Below are positions 1-9,548 of a DNA stretch of 64,000 nucleotides, piece by piece. Source of the DNA: an uncultured delta proteobacterium (GTDB lineage Bacteria > Myxococcota > Myxococcia > Myxococcales > Myxococcaceae). The DNA lies in the NCBI GenBank assembly GCA_963796055.1, contig CAWCKH010000004.1, positions 2,912,001 through 2,976,000 on the forward strand, written 5' to 3'. The position numbers and the translations under genes were made by a program. A model generated the notes under the pieces. That model ran no database searches. It was not told the DNA's origin and saw only the letters and a list, made by a program, of their open reading frames with translations. The first letter of the stretch is position 1. Every line of letters starts with the position of its first letter.

Positions 1-54
1 GGCAGCCGTCAACGGCCGCGGCAACCCCGCGCCGCTGTTAGGGTCCGCCCCGCC

Positions 55-2193
55 ATGGCCGAGACCCGGGTCCATCACCGCGCGTGCAACCTCTGCGAGG
101 CCATGTGCGGCCTTCGCATCGAGGTGGAAGGCGACGCCATCCGGTCCATCCGCGGCGACCCGGACGACCCGTTCAGCAAGGGGTTCCTCTGCCCGAAGGC
201 CACCGCGCTGGAGGACGTGCATCTCGACCCGGACCGCCAGAAGCATCCACTCCGCCGCACCGGCGAGGCATGGGCGCGCATCGGCTGGGACGAGGCGCTG
301 GATGCGGTGGCGGACCGCATCGCCGACATCCAGGCGCGCCACGGGTCCGACGCGGTGGCCATCTACCTCGGCAACCCCAACGTCCACAGCCTCGGCGCGT
401 TGACCCACGGGGTCCCATTCATCCGCGCGCTCCGGACCCACAACCGCTACTCGGCGACCTCGGTCGATCAGCTGCCGCATCACCTCGCGGCCACCACGAT
501 GTTCGGGCACATGCTGCTACTGCCCGTCCCCGACATCGACCGGACGGCCTTCTTCCTCGCGCTCGGCGCCAATCCGCTGGCCTCCAACGGCAGCATGATG
601 ACCGCGCCCGGCATGCCGATTCGGCTCAAGGCGCTGAAGGCCCGCGGCGGACGGCTGGTGGTCGTGGACCCGCGCCGCACCGAGACCGCCGAGGTCGCCG
701 ACACGCACCTCTTCATCCGTCCCGGGACCGACGCCCTCCTGGTCGCCGCGCTGGTGCGCGCCGTCCTCGAGGAGAAGCTCGAGCGGCCGGGCCGCCTCGC
801 CGAGTTCATGGACGGGCTCGAGCAGGTCCGTACCGCCGTCGCCCCGTTCGCGCCCGAGCGGGTCACCGGCCCCACCGGCATCTCCGCCGAGCAGATCCGC
901 ACGCTCGCCCGGGAGTTCGCCCGCGCCGAGTCGGCCGTGGCCTACGGGCGGGTCGGCCTCTCCACCCAGGCCTATGGCGGCGTCGCCCAGTGGCTCCTTC
1001 AAGTTCTCAACGCCATCACCGGCAACCTGGACCGCCCGGGCGGCGCGCTCTTCACCCGGCCCGCGGTGAACCCGATGGGGCTCACCCCGCGAGGCGGATA
1101 TGCGCGCCACCACACCCGGGTCCGCAAGCTGCCATCGTTCGGCGGCGAGTTCCCGGTGGCTGCGCTCGCCGAGGAGATCCTCACCGACGGGCCCGGCCGC
1201 ATCCGTGCGCTGGTCGTGGTCGGCGGCAACCCCGTGCTCTCCTCGCCCAACGGCGCGCAGCTGGAGCGAGCGCTGGGGACGCTGGACTTCATGGTGGCGG
1301 TGGACCCCTACCTCAACGAGACCACCCGCCACGCCCACGTGCTGCTTCCCCCGACCACCGCGCTGGAGCGCGAGCACTACGACGTCGTCTTCCACCTGCT
1401 CGCGGTGCGGAATACCGCCAAGTGGTCGCCGGCGCTGTTCCGCCCTGCGCCCGGGGCGAAGCACGACTGGGAGATTCTCCAGGCGCTCACCCGAAGGCTG
1501 AAGTCACGCGGCTCGAGTCGGCTCCTCCGCCCGATCCGCGCGGTGGTGGATCGCCTCGCCACGCCACGCCGACTCATCGACTTCGCCCTGCGCACCGGCC
1601 CGTACGGCATGCGCTCGCCCCACCGGCTCTCGGTGGGCAAGCTGGAGAGGCACCCGCACGGGCTGGACCTCGGTCCGCTGGAGCCCTCGATGCCCGGGCG
1701 GCTCATGACCCCCGGCAAGCGCATCCAGCTCGCCCCGGAGCTGCTGGTCCGGGACCTGGCCCGGGTCGAGTCCGAGCTGCTCGTCTCCCCGCCCGCGCGG
1801 AACGGTGAGCTGCTGCTCATCGGCCGCCGAGATCTCCGCAGCAACAACTCCTGGATGCACAACAGCCAGCGCCTGGTGAAGGGACCGGAGCGCTGCACCC
1901 TCCTCATGCACCCCGACGACGCCCGAGCACGCGGCCTGAGCACGGGTCAGACGGTCCAGATACGCTCGCGGGTGGGCAGCGTCCCGGTGCGGCTCGAGCT
2001 CACCGACGCGGTGATGCCCGGCGTGGTGAGCCTGCCGCATGGGTGGGGACATGGCCGCCCCGGTGTCCAGCTCAGGGTGGCCTCGACCCACGCCGGTGTG
2101 AGCCTCAACGACCTCACCGACGACCGTGCGGTGGACGCGCTCCTGGGAACGGCGGCCTTCAGCGGCACGCCGGTGCACGTGACGCCGACCTGA
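55..2193 (+). CDS. Molybdopterin-dependent oxidoreductase (DMSO reductase/MopB family), catalytic subunit
   Basis: N-terminal 4Fe-4S motif CNLCEAMC...CPK, GANPLASNGS, VVVDPRRTETA, and C-terminal molybdopterin dinucleotide-binding region (NNSWMHN...MHPDDA...PGVVSLPHGWG); 712 aa. Confidence 0.93.
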   Translation: MAETRVHHRACNLCEAMCGLRIEVEGDAIRSIRGDPDDPFSKGFLCPKATALEDVHLDPDRQKHPLRRTGEAWARIGWDEALDAVADRIADIQARHGSDAVAIYLGNPNVHSLGALTHGVPFIRALRTHNRYSATSVDQLPHHLAATTMFGHMLLLPVPDIDRTAFFLALGANPLASNGSMMTAPGMPIRLKALKARGGRLVVVDPRRTETAEVADTHLFIRPGTDALLVAALVRAVLEEKLERPGRLAEFMDGLEQVRTAVAPFAPERVTGPTGISAEQIRTLAREFARAESAVAYGRVGLSTQAYGGVAQWLLQVLNAITGNLDRPGGALFTRPAVNPMGLTPRGGYARHHTRVRKLPSFGGEFPVAALAEEILTDGPGRIRALVVVGGNPVLSSPNGAQLERALGTLDFMVAVDPYLNETTRHAHVLLPPTTALEREHYDVVFHLLAVRNTAKWSPALFRPAPGAKHDWEILQALTRRLKSRGSSRLLRPIRAVVDRLATPRRLIDFALRTGPYGMRSPHRLSVGKLERHPHGLDLGPLEPSMPGRLMTPGKRIQLAPELLVRDLARVESELLVSPPARNGELLLIGRRDLRSNNSWMHNSQRLVKGPERCTLLMHPDDARARGLSTGQTVQIRSRVGSVPVRLELTDAVMPGVVSLPHGWGHGRPGVQLRVASTHAGVSLNDLTDDRAVDALLGTAAFSGTPVHVTPT

Positions 2194-2205
2194 GCCCGTT
2201 GACCG

Positions 2206-2430
2206 TCAGGCGTCGAAGGGGTGCCAGAACGCGTCGGCCGGTGGCGGCGGCGCGTCGGGTGCGAGCTCTCGCCATGCCTCGGCCTCGGCGGTGTCGGCGG
2301 GCTCGCGCGTCTCGATGAGCCGGAGGCTGCGGGGGTCCCGGAAGCGGGTCGCCCGCACCGGGTGCGGGATGCCTTGCCAGTAGTACACGGGCCCGAGGTT
2401 CTCCATCTCCACCAGGTCTGTGCGCTTCAC
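2206..2430 (-). CDS. Small hypothetical protein (74 aa)
   Basis: GTG start preceded by GAAGGGAG; VKRTDLVEMENLGPVYYWQGIPHPV... has natural composition, unlike the upstream part of ORF 2206..3132. Confidence 0.6.
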   Translation of the reverse strand: MKRTDLVEMENLGPVYYWQGIPHPVRATRFRDPRSLRLIETREPADTAEAEAWRELAPDAPPPPADAFWHPFDA

Positions 2431-2516
2431 GGAGCAGCTCCCTTCGCGGCGGGAGATAGCGGGTGAACGTTCCCATGACAATGCCGTGTCGGTCTGACAT
2501 CCGGACGGTCGATGGC

Positions 2517-2831
2517 TCACGCACGGGCCGAGACGGGGGCGTAGACCTCCACTGGCTCGATGCCGAGACTCCGGCCGGCCAGTTGCACCAGGGCCCGGGC
2601 GATGGGGACTCCCCGGTTGGAGGCGTGGCAGGACAGCTCGGGCTCCAGGTCCCGCAGGTCGGACTCCAGCTCCAGGGCGAACGTGAGCAGCCGCGCGATG
2701 GCCTCGGACTTCCGGAGCCCGCTCTCTTCGACCCGTGCCCGGAGGCGCTCCTCCAGCTCCGGGGACAGCCGGACGGTCACGCTCTTGCCTCTGCCGCGGG
2801 GGGCGCGGGGATGGGTGGGGAGCACGGGCAT
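2517..2831 (-). CDS. Ribbon-helix-helix (CopG/Arc-like) DNA-binding protein
   Basis: ATG with GAGGAGG RBS; KSVTVRLSPELEERLRARVEESGLRKSEAIARLL fits the RHH beta-alpha-alpha pattern. Confidence 0.72.
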   Translation of the reverse strand: MPVLPTHPRAPRGRGKSVTVRLSPELEERLRARVEESGLRKSEAIARLLTFALELESDLRDLEPELSCHASNRGVPIARALVQLAGRSLGIEPVEVYAPVSARA

Positions 2832-2995
2832 GGTTGCCTCCTCGGACCAGGACAGAGGGGAGGTGCGCACGGTCCCCGTGTGCGCCAAGCGCCCTCTCCG
2901 AGTACGGCGTTCTTTCGGGCACTTCTCCGCGGAGGGCTGGGCGCCCAATGTGTTGCGTGTCGCCGGGCGGACCCCGGGCGTCGGAGGTCTGTTGC

Positions 2996-4393
2996 GTGCG
3001 TTGGGCGTGGGGGATGGCGGTGGGGCTGGTGCTGAGCGTGGCCTGCTCGGACACGGTGTGGCTGTCGCGGTCGCATCCAGCGGACGCCGGTCCGGTCACA
3101 GACGCGGGACCAGCGGACGCCGGTTCGGTCACCGACGCGGGACCCGCAGACGCCGGCCCGGGCGATGCCGGGGAGAGCGATGGCGGCCCCGTCGACAGCG
3201 GTGTCCCCGACGGGGGCTGGGCAGGGACGTGGGAGCTGCTCGGGCCGCCGCTCGGCCACGAGGCGCAGGTCTTCCCGGCGATGGCGCTGGACGCCTCGGG
3301 CGCCCCGCTGGTCGCCTATGTCGAGCTGGTCGAGTCTCCCGGCATCGTCGCGACCGAGCTGCACGTGGTGCGGTGGTCCGGGTCGGCGTGGGAGCCTCTC
3401 GGCGGCACGGTGGCCAGCTCGACCCAGCGGCTCCCGTACAGCGCCCCGCTCTGGGTACGGCTTGCCACGCAGCAGAGCGGCCGTCCGGTGCTCGCCTTCG
3501 GCGACTCGGGCCCGGGCGCCACGATCGGCATCTTCCCGCTCCAGACCTGGGCCTTCGATGGCATGTCGTGGCAGCCGCTCCCGGTGCCCCTGACCGCACC
3601 GAACCTGAGCGGCGTCGCCCTGGGCCAGGGCGCCGATGGACAGGTGCGGCTCGCGCTGTCGACGGGCCGGGAGCTCGACGTCTTCGTCCTCGGCGCCGGC
3701 GGATGGGCGACGGCCGTGCCGCCCCTGGTGCATGAGGCTGGGGTGAGCGAGCCCGACCTGGCCCTCGCGCCGGACGGAGCGCCGCTGGTCGCGTTCTCCG
3801 AGGCGGCGTCGCCGGGCAGCTTCGGCACGCTGCACGCGGTTCGCTGGACCGATGGCGGCTGGACGGACCTGGAGTTGCCATCGCCCGTGGCCCAAGGGCT
3901 CCTCTTCCACACCCCACGGGTGGGAGCGCGCAGCGACGGAGGGGTGGTGGTGGCAGCCAGCGAATGGCAATACGACCCGCTCAGCAAGGTCCAGGTCGGG
4001 GTAGCGGTGCCGGTGTTCTCGCTCGGCGACGGAGGCTGGTCGCTCCTGGATGCCGACGGCGCGCCTGGTGGCTCCGCGCTCAGCGAGCCCATCCCCGGCG
4101 CCCCGGTGGGACTGCAGCTCGCGGAGAACGTCCCGGTGGTGGTCTCCACCGGTGCCGATGGCGGCGTGTCCCTCCGCGCCATCCGCCCATCGGGCGGGAC
4201 GGTCATCGCGCCGGTGCTGGGCGGATACGGCGCCGGAACGCTGCTCCTGATGCCGGACGGGACGCCGGTGGTCGGAGCGGTGATGCCGGTGAGCAACGAG
4301 CCGGGGCCCGAACAGGCCGACGGGGGGCAGGTGCAGCTCCTCCACTTCACCGGGGTACCGGCCAGCGCGAGCCGGACCGGACCTGCACGCTGA
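2996..4393 (+). CDS. Lipoprotein with D-A-G repeat linker and beta-rich (propeller-like) domain
   Basis: GGAGG then GTG; lipobox LSVAC; PADAGPVTDAG repeats; recurring PxVAy/fxE...hvvRWxgxxW units. Confidence 0.75.
   Translation: MRWAWGMAVGLVLSVACSDTVWLSRSHPADAGPVTDAGPADAGSVTDAGPADAGPGDAGESDGGPVDSGVPDGGWAGTWELLGPPLGHEAQVFPAMALDASGAPLVAYVELVESPGIVATELHVVRWSGSAWEPLGGTVASSTQRLPYSAPLWVRLATQQSGRPVLAFGDSGPGATIGIFPLQTWAFDGMSWQPLPVPLTAPNLSGVALGQGADGQVRLALSTGRELDVFVLGAGGWATAVPPLVHEAGVSEPDLALAPDGAPLVAFSEAASPGSFGTLHAVRWTDGGWTDLELPSPVAQGLLFHTPRVGARSDGGVVVAASEWQYDPLSKVQVGVAVPVFSLGDGGWSLLDADGAPGGSALSEPIPGAPVGLQLAENVPVVVSTGADGGVSLRAIRPSGGTVIAPVLGGYGAGTLLLMPDGTPVVGAVMPVSNEPGPEQADGGQVQLLHFTGVPASASRTGPAR
3077..3175 (+). 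repeat. 33-bp tandem repeat (2 copies plus degenerate tail) encoding PADAG(P/S)VTDAG
   Basis: ccagcggacgccggt(c/t)cggtcac(a/c)gacgcggga at 3077 and 3110. Confidence 0.85.
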
Positions 4394-4561
4394 GCGCCCG
4401 GCCGCTGCCGAAGGTCCGACCGTCCGCCTGTCGACTCCAAGTCCACTCGCATGCGTTCACTCCCGGGCTGAGCTCGCACGCCCGCCTGGCTGCCGTCGGA
4501 ACGGTGTGTTGCGCGGCCAGAGCCGTGCCTGATGGCCAGGTGAGGGTGCGGAGGAGACGAC

Positions 4562-5065
4562 ATGGACATCGGACTTCTGGTGTTGCGACTGGCAGTGGGT
4601 CTGACGATGGCCGCGCACGGCGGTCAGAAGCTGTTCGGGTGGTTCGGCGGGTACGGCCTCGCTGGCACCGGCGGCTTCATGGAGAGCCTCGGGTTCCGCC
4701 CCGGCCGCGTGCATGCCGCGCTGTCGGGCAGCGCAGAGCTCCTGGGCGGGCTGTTGATCGCGCTCGGGCTGTTCACGCAGGTCGGCGCGGCACTGGTGAT
4801 CGCGGTGATGGTGGCCGCCATCGGAAGCGTGCACCTGCCGAAGGGCTTCTTCGTGAGCGACGGTGGCTTCGAGTACAACCTGGTCATCATGGCGGCGGTG
4901 GCCGCGCTGGCCTTCACCGGTCCGGGCGCATACTCGCTCGATGCGGCGGAGGGGCTCGCCGTCTCGGGCTGGCTCCCGGGCGTGATCGCCGTGGGCGCCG
5001 GGCTGGTGCTCGGCAGCGGTGCGCTGGCAGCCCGCCGCACGGCGCCCGTCGCGCGGCAGGGTTGA
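4562..5065 (+). CDS. DoxX family membrane protein
   Basis: GLLVLRLAVGLTMAAHGGQKLFGWFGG...GGFEYNL...GPGAYSLD signature; GGAG RBS. Confidence 0.93.
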   Translation: MDIGLLVLRLAVGLTMAAHGGQKLFGWFGGYGLAGTGGFMESLGFRPGRVHAALSGSAELLGGLLIALGLFTQVGAALVIAVMVAAIGSVHLPKGFFVSDGGFEYNLVIMAAVAALAFTGPGAYSLDAAEGLAVSGWLPGVIAVGAGLVLGSGALAARRTAPVARQG

Positions 5066-5250
5066 GCCGCCGAGGCCGGCGCGGGGCGGTTGGATGCCCG
5101 AGACGCCCGGCCGGGCCGGCGGGCGCCCGCACATCTCCTCGGAATGTGCGGAGTTTCCACCGTGGCGGGGGACGCAACACGCGCCCTCCGGTTCACCGCC
5201 CGCGCCACACCCGCGATCTCCAAGGTTTCGAAATCACTCGGACCGGGACC

Positions 5251-5266
5251 TGGTTCGCCCGGTGCA
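5251..5266 (+). promoter_or_regulatory. Possible sigma54 -24/-12 promoter
   Basis: TGGTTCGCCCGGTGCA (GG-N10-GC), about 45 bp upstream of micro-ORF 5312. Confidence 0.35.
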
Positions 5267-5311
5267 TCCCTCCCGACCGCCGCGTGATGTCGGCGCGAAG
5301 GAGCCACAGCA

Positions 5312-5503
5312 ATGCAGGTCACCGGGTCCGTCTCTCCCTCATCCCCTCAGCGTGGCGGCGACGTCCTTTCCCGCCTTCTCCGGGCCTTCCGGAGCCTGGC
5401 CGTGGCCGGGCGGCCGGCGATGCGCTGGGCCGAGATGAGGCCGATCGATTTCGAGGGCGAGGACACGAGCCTCACGCAGGAGCAACTCGACGTCCTCCGC
5501 TGA
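5312..5503 (+). CDS. Small hypothetical protein, copy 1 (ends WAEMRPIDFEGEDTSLTQEQLDVLR)
   Basis: AAGGAG RBS before ATG; C-terminal motif repeated at 5698-5775. Confidence 0.6.
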   Translation: MQVTGSVSPSSPQRGGDVLSRLLRAFRSLAVAGRPAMRWAEMRPIDFEGEDTSLTQEQLDVLR

Positions 5504-5601
5504 CGGGGCGGGGCACCGGACACGGGCGTCAGCGGCGCAACGCAACCCGTGTCCGGTGTCCTGAGCTTAGGTCCCCGGAGTCGTACCGATGCCGAGCTTG
5601 A

Positions 5602-5775
5602 ACCCTGCGCGGTCCTCGTCGTGGCGCACCCGCGCACGCGATTCTGCTGTTCCGCCTCGTCCGCCGATCGGCGCGCGAGCCAGGAAGGTTCGTCGTCTGG
5701 GCGGAGATGAAGCCCATCGACTTCGAGGGCGAGGACACGAGCCTCACCGAGACGGATCTTCGACGCCTGAAGTGA
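5602..5775 (+). CDS. Small hypothetical protein, copy 2 (ends WAEMKPIDFEGEDTSLTETDLRRLK); start uncertain or frameshifted
   Basis: Open frame from 5602 to TGA at 5773-5775; paralogous to copy 1 with mostly synonymous changes. Confidence 0.45.
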   Translation, partial: TLRGPRRGAPAHAILLFRLVRRSAREPGRFVVWAEMKPIDFEGEDTSLTETDLRRLK

Positions 5776-5848
5776 GCATCGGCCCCCGGCGCGCCCTGGC
5801 GCGACCGGGTCCTCGTCGCTAGCGTGAGCAGCTGGAGGGACGACCATC

Positions 5849-6382
5849 GTGCTCCATCTCGCCCGTTCGACCTTCGCCACCGTCCTCGTCGCCACGGCCA
5901 CGGCGGCCATCGCCCAGGAGCCCGATGCGCAGGGGGTGCAGCAGAAGGTCGTCGAGCTCCGCGACGTCAAGGGCAAGACCGTGGGGACGGTGAGGCTGCT
6001 GGAGGCTCCGCACGGGTTGCTCGTTCACGGTGCGCTCACCGGGGTTCCCCCTGGCACCCACGCCATTCATTTCCACGAGACCGGGAAGTGCGAACCTCCG
6101 TTCAAGACCGCCGGAGGGCACTTCAATCCGGAGAAGAAGGCGCACGGCGTGCTCGATCCGGGCGGGAGCCACGCGGGGGACTTGCCCAACCTGGTCGTTC
6201 CGGTGAGCGGCAAGCTCGAGTTCGAGCTCTTCGCGCCTGGGCTCACCCTGGGCGCGGGTCCCGAGAGCGTCCTCGACCCGGACGGCACGGCGCTGGTGAT
6301 CCACGCCAAGGCGGACGACTACCGGACCCAGCCGGCGGGCGATTCCGGGGACCGCATCGCCTGCGGCGTCATCCCCCGCTGA
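5849..6382 (+). CDS. sodC: Cu/Zn superoxide dismutase, periplasmic
   Basis: Signal peptide; [37 protein letters not shown] motifs. Confidence 0.92.
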   Translation: MLHLARSTFATVLVATATAAIAQEPDAQGVQQKVVELRDVKGKTVGTVRLLEAPHGLLVHGALTGVPPGTHAIHFHETGKCEPPFKTAGGHFNPEKKAHGVLDPGGSHAGDLPNLVVPVSGKLEFELFAPGLTLGAGPESVLDPDGTALVIHAKADDYRTQPAGDSGDRIACGVIPR

Positions 6383-6456
6383 TGCGCGGGGCTCGCGACC
6401 TCGCGAACGATGGGCTTGCGCGCCAGGGCGTTGCCTCGCACGATGCCCGGTCGTTC

Positions 6457-7179
6457 ATGACCACGACTCAGGGCGACGAGCTGAAGCGGGTCGCGGCCGA
6501 GGCTGCGGCGCAGCGGGTGACCTCGGGCATGGTGGTGGGCCTGGGGACGGGCTCGACGGCGATCCATGCCGTCCCCTTCCTCGCTCGACGCCTGCGTGCC
6601 GGCGAGCTCCGCGACATCCGTGGCGTCCCCACCTCGTACCAGTCCACCATGCTGGCCCGCGAGCTGGGCATCCCCCTGGTGGGGCTGGAGGAGATCGAGC
6701 GCATCGACCTCGCCATCGACGGCGCAGACGAGGTGGGTCCCGACCTGACGCTCATCAAGGGCGGCGGCGCGGCGCAGACGCGGGAGAAGATCATCGCCGC
6801 CCTCGCCGATGACTTCAGCGTCGTGGTCGACGAGACCAAGCTGGTCGATCGCCTCGGGTCGCGTTACCCGGTCCCGGTCGAGGTCCTTCCCTTCGCCGTC
6901 GCTCCGGTCTCCCGGGCCATCGCGCGGCTCGGGGGAGAGCCCACCGTGCGAATGGCGGTGAGAAAGGCGGGTCCGGTGGTCACCGACCAGGGGAATCTGG
7001 TGATCGACGTCCGGTTCGCCGCCATCCCCGACCCGGCGAGGCTGGAACGGGAGCTGAGGATGATTCCCGGCACGCTGGAGAACGGGCTCTTCGTCGGGCT
7101 GACCCGGCGGGTGTTCGTCGCCAGCCTGGTTCAAGGCGTTCCGACGGTGCGGGAGATCCTGCCGGGAGGAAGGTCGTAG
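6457..7179 (+). CDS. rpiA: Ribose-5-phosphate isomerase A
   Basis: [32 protein letters not shown] motifs; start reassigned to ATG 6457. Confidence 0.96.
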   Translation: MTTTQGDELKRVAAEAAAQRVTSGMVVGLGTGSTAIHAVPFLARRLRAGELRDIRGVPTSYQSTMLARELGIPLVGLEEIERIDLAIDGADEVGPDLTLIKGGGAAQTREKIIAALADDFSVVVDETKLVDRLGSRYPVPVEVLPFAVAPVSRAIARLGGEPTVRMAVRKAGPVVTDQGNLVIDVRFAAIPDPARLERELRMIPGTLENGLFVGLTRRVFVASLVQGVPTVREILPGGRS

Positions 7180-7271
7180 CTCGCCGGCGCTGACTGCGGC
7201 CGCCCGGACCTCGCCGACTGCAGCCCACCTAACGACACCTTGACCCGGACCTCGACTGCGGCCGCCCTGAC

Positions 7272-8042
7272 CTAGAGGCTGGTGGAAACCTGCCGGCGCA
7301 CCTCATCGGCGAGCGGGTGGAGGACTTCCGGCGGGGCCGGCCCGACCAGGCTGTAGCCGACTCCCTTGTCCGCCCAGGTGAAGCCCCGGACCGACCCATG
7401 CGAATGCGGCGCCATCGGCGCGTTCTCGCCGACCGCCATCGGGCGGCTGAGGAGGACCAGGCGCACGCCGTGATCGTCGTCGTACATGAAGAGCACGGCC
7501 GGGCCATGAGACGTCGCCACCACCCGTCCCCCCATGAAGCGATATCCCGACGCGGAGAGGTCCGGGACCGTGACGTGACGTCCTACCCGTTCTGAAGCCC
7601 ACTGAACCAGCGCCGGTTGATCATTGGCGCGAAGCTCGACGGGCCGGATGCGATCGGGTGCATAGACCTCGTAGCTGTCGGTCGCTTCGCGGGCGAGCGC
7701 GACGATCCCTCTGCGTCCCGGCTCCGTCGTCGCGTGGAGGGACCAGCCACCTGCGCCTCCGATGCACACCAGCACAGCGGCGGCAGCGGCCATCCGCCAC
7801 ACGGGCGAGCGACGCCGTGCCTCGATCATCCGGGGGAGATAGAGCTCGGGAGGCAGGGGTTCCTCGGCGATTGGCCTCAGGGCCGCTCGCAGCGCCTCTC
7901 GCTGCGCCCGGTACCCCTCGATGCGCTTGGCCTCCTCCGGGTGCGCCAGGAGATAGTCGGACACCGCAACTCGCCGGGCAGGATCGAGCGCGTCGTCGAC
8001 GAAGGCGTGGAGTTCATCTTCGGTGATGGGACGAGAGCTCAT
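7272..8042 (-). CDS. Transmembrane anti-sigma factor (PrtR/RsiW-like)
   Basis: PITEDELHAFVD N-terminus, TM AAAAAVLVCIGGAGGW, periplasmic PDLSASGYRFMGGRV...LFMYDD pattern. Confidence 0.85.
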   Translation of the reverse strand: MSSRPITEDELHAFVDDALDPARRVAVSDYLLAHPEEAKRIEGYRAQREALRAALRPIAEEPLPPELYLPRMIEARRRSPVWRMAAAAAVLVCIGGAGGWSLHATTEPGRRGIVALAREATDSYEVYAPDRIRPVELRANDQPALVQWASERVGRHVTVPDLSASGYRFMGGRVVATSHGPAVLFMYDDDHGVRLVLLSRPMAVGENAPMAPHSHGSVRGFTWADKGVGYSLVGPAPPEVLHPLADEVRRQVSTSL

Positions 8043-8187
8043 TGGATTCGGCGAGCTGCCGATCGGCGGAGGCAGCGGACGTTCCAGGGTGATGGGAGGC
8101 CTCGCCTGCCGATGCAACCAGGGCGGCTCCCAGCAGGAGTGCCAGCACCATGGGGCGCCCGATTGCTGTCACTGGATGAGCACGCAT
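8014..8187 (-). CDS. Possible small secreted protein (57 aa)
   Basis: GAAGGAC-ATG; MRAHPVTAIGRPMVLALLLGAALVASA signal-like N-terminus; overlaps the anti-sigma start. Confidence 0.3.
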   Translation of the reverse strand: MRAHPVTAIGRPMVLALLLGAALVASAGEASHHPGTSAASADRQLAESNELSSHHRR

Positions 8188-8537
8188 GTCCTTCGGACCT
8201 CCGGGGATGAGCTCGCTTCTCGGTGGGTAGACCGGGTCGGAGGTCCGCTATTCCATCGGGCCGTGGAGCCGCCACGCTCTGGGCAAAGGGGCGTGTTTCC
8301 GAGGCACACGACGGCGCTCCGATGTTCGGTTCAGGACCATGGACGGGTCACCGGACGAGACCAGGGCCCCCTCGGAGTCGTGGGCACGGCCGCGAACGCC
8401 CAGGCAGGTGCGAAAGCTCGCGCCGGTGATGGGCCCGGCGTGGTGCCTGCTCTCCCGGCCCGTCCGGGGGCTCGCCGTGGCAGCAGAGCTCCAGGCGGAA
8501 TCCCCCGGATGCGATCTTCCGTAGCGGGAATGGTCCG

Positions 8538-8553
8538 ACTGGCACGTGCCAGT
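8538..8553. promoter_or_regulatory. Perfect 16-bp palindrome, possible operator
   Basis: ACTGGCACGTGCCAGT in the divergent intergenic region about 100 bp upstream of 8650. Confidence 0.4.
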
Positions 8554-8649
8554 TCACCTATTGGAGCTGCTCTCACGGAATAAACTTGAGCGGAACTCCA
8601 TCTACCGTGGGCGCGGGCCAATGACGGCTCGTCCAAGTGGAGAACGAAG

Positions 8650-8916
8650 ATGAACAGCTGGATGAAGAAGTGGATCCCGATTCTTTCGCTGGCGGTGGTG
8701 CCGATCGCGCAGGCGCAGGACACCGTCGCCTTCAAGACCACCAGCGAGGCGACCGCGGACACCGTGCGCGGCGCCGCCGAGACGAAGCAGGGGGAGCAAC
8801 AGATCCAGGAGCTGAAGAAGGAAGTCGACGCCATCCGCAGTGAGCTCGCCGCCGAGCGAGATCTGCGCAACGTGCGGGAATTCGTTGACCAGGATTCGCA
8901 CCCGCTCTGGCCGTAG
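8650..8916 (+). CDS. Small secreted coiled-coil protein
   Basis: GGAG RBS; signal peptide ending AQA; helical QQIQELKKEVDAIRSEL. Confidence 0.75.
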   Translation: MNSWMKKWIPILSLAVVPIAQAQDTVAFKTTSEATADTVRGAAETKQGEQQIQELKKEVDAIRSELAAERDLRNVREFVDQDSHPLWP

Positions 8917-9153
8917 GTGCTCGTCGCTGTGGGGGGTCTCGAGGTCAGCTGGGGCGGGGAATTTGCCCCAGCGAGGGCAGGTGCTGACGTTGGTCCGGAA
9001 CCCTGGTCCTCGGATGAAATCCTGACAAGCACAGTCTGACCTCATTCGAGACTGGCGAAATTACATCATCAATCGTCACTGGCCTGAGCTCGTTCGGCGT
9101 CACCGCCCACTCCATCTGGTTGTCCCCTCGAAATTCGGCCATCCGACAGCGAC

Positions 9154-9489
9154 TCAGATGCAGGTCTGGTTGCAGATCGCGGGATGGCTTCCGTTCAATA
9201 GGTCGTCGCAGGACTCGTTCCTGTAGCCGTCGACGCACTGGCTGGCATTGCCCGAGCTGAAGCTCCGTCCTCCGGGGCAGGTGGTCAGGGCGAGCGTGCA
9301 GCTCTGGTTCGACACGAGCGTCTTGCAGTCCGACAAGCTTCCATAGATGTGCTGCGATTCCGTCGGAAAACACTGGAAGGACTTGTCACACAGGGCGTTG
9401 GTGGCGTCCTTGCACGCAGAGACGGGGTCACCACCACCGCAGCCGGATAGAGCGGCAACCATCAACAGCAGGAGGAATGCTCGGAACAT
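9154..9489 (-). CDS. Cysteine-rich lipoprotein
   Basis: MFRAFLLLLMVAALSGC lipobox followed by 10 further Cys; 3' part of ORF 9154..10524. Confidence 0.8.
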   Translation of the reverse strand: MFRAFLLLLMVAALSGCGGGDPVSACKDATNALCDKSFQCFPTESQHIYGSLSDCKTLVSNQSCTLALTTCPGGRSFSSGNASQCVDGYRNESCDDLLNGSHPAICNQTCI

Positions 9490-9548
9490 GGACGACCCCG
9501 TCAAGGTCGTAGTCATCGAACGCTGCGCGCGACATTCAGGCTGGGTAC

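Noticed and set aside
84..1808. 574-aa Arg/Pro-rich ORF and similar overlapping alternate-frame ORFs throughout
   Set aside because: Off-frame read of a real gene; composition reflects GC3 bias
5824..7179. Apparent 451-aa extended RpiA
   Set aside because: The upstream part overlaps sodC in another frame; RpiA starts at 6457
8540..8556. TGGCACG as a sigma54 promoter
   Set aside because: No GC at the -12 position on either strand; kept only as a palindrome
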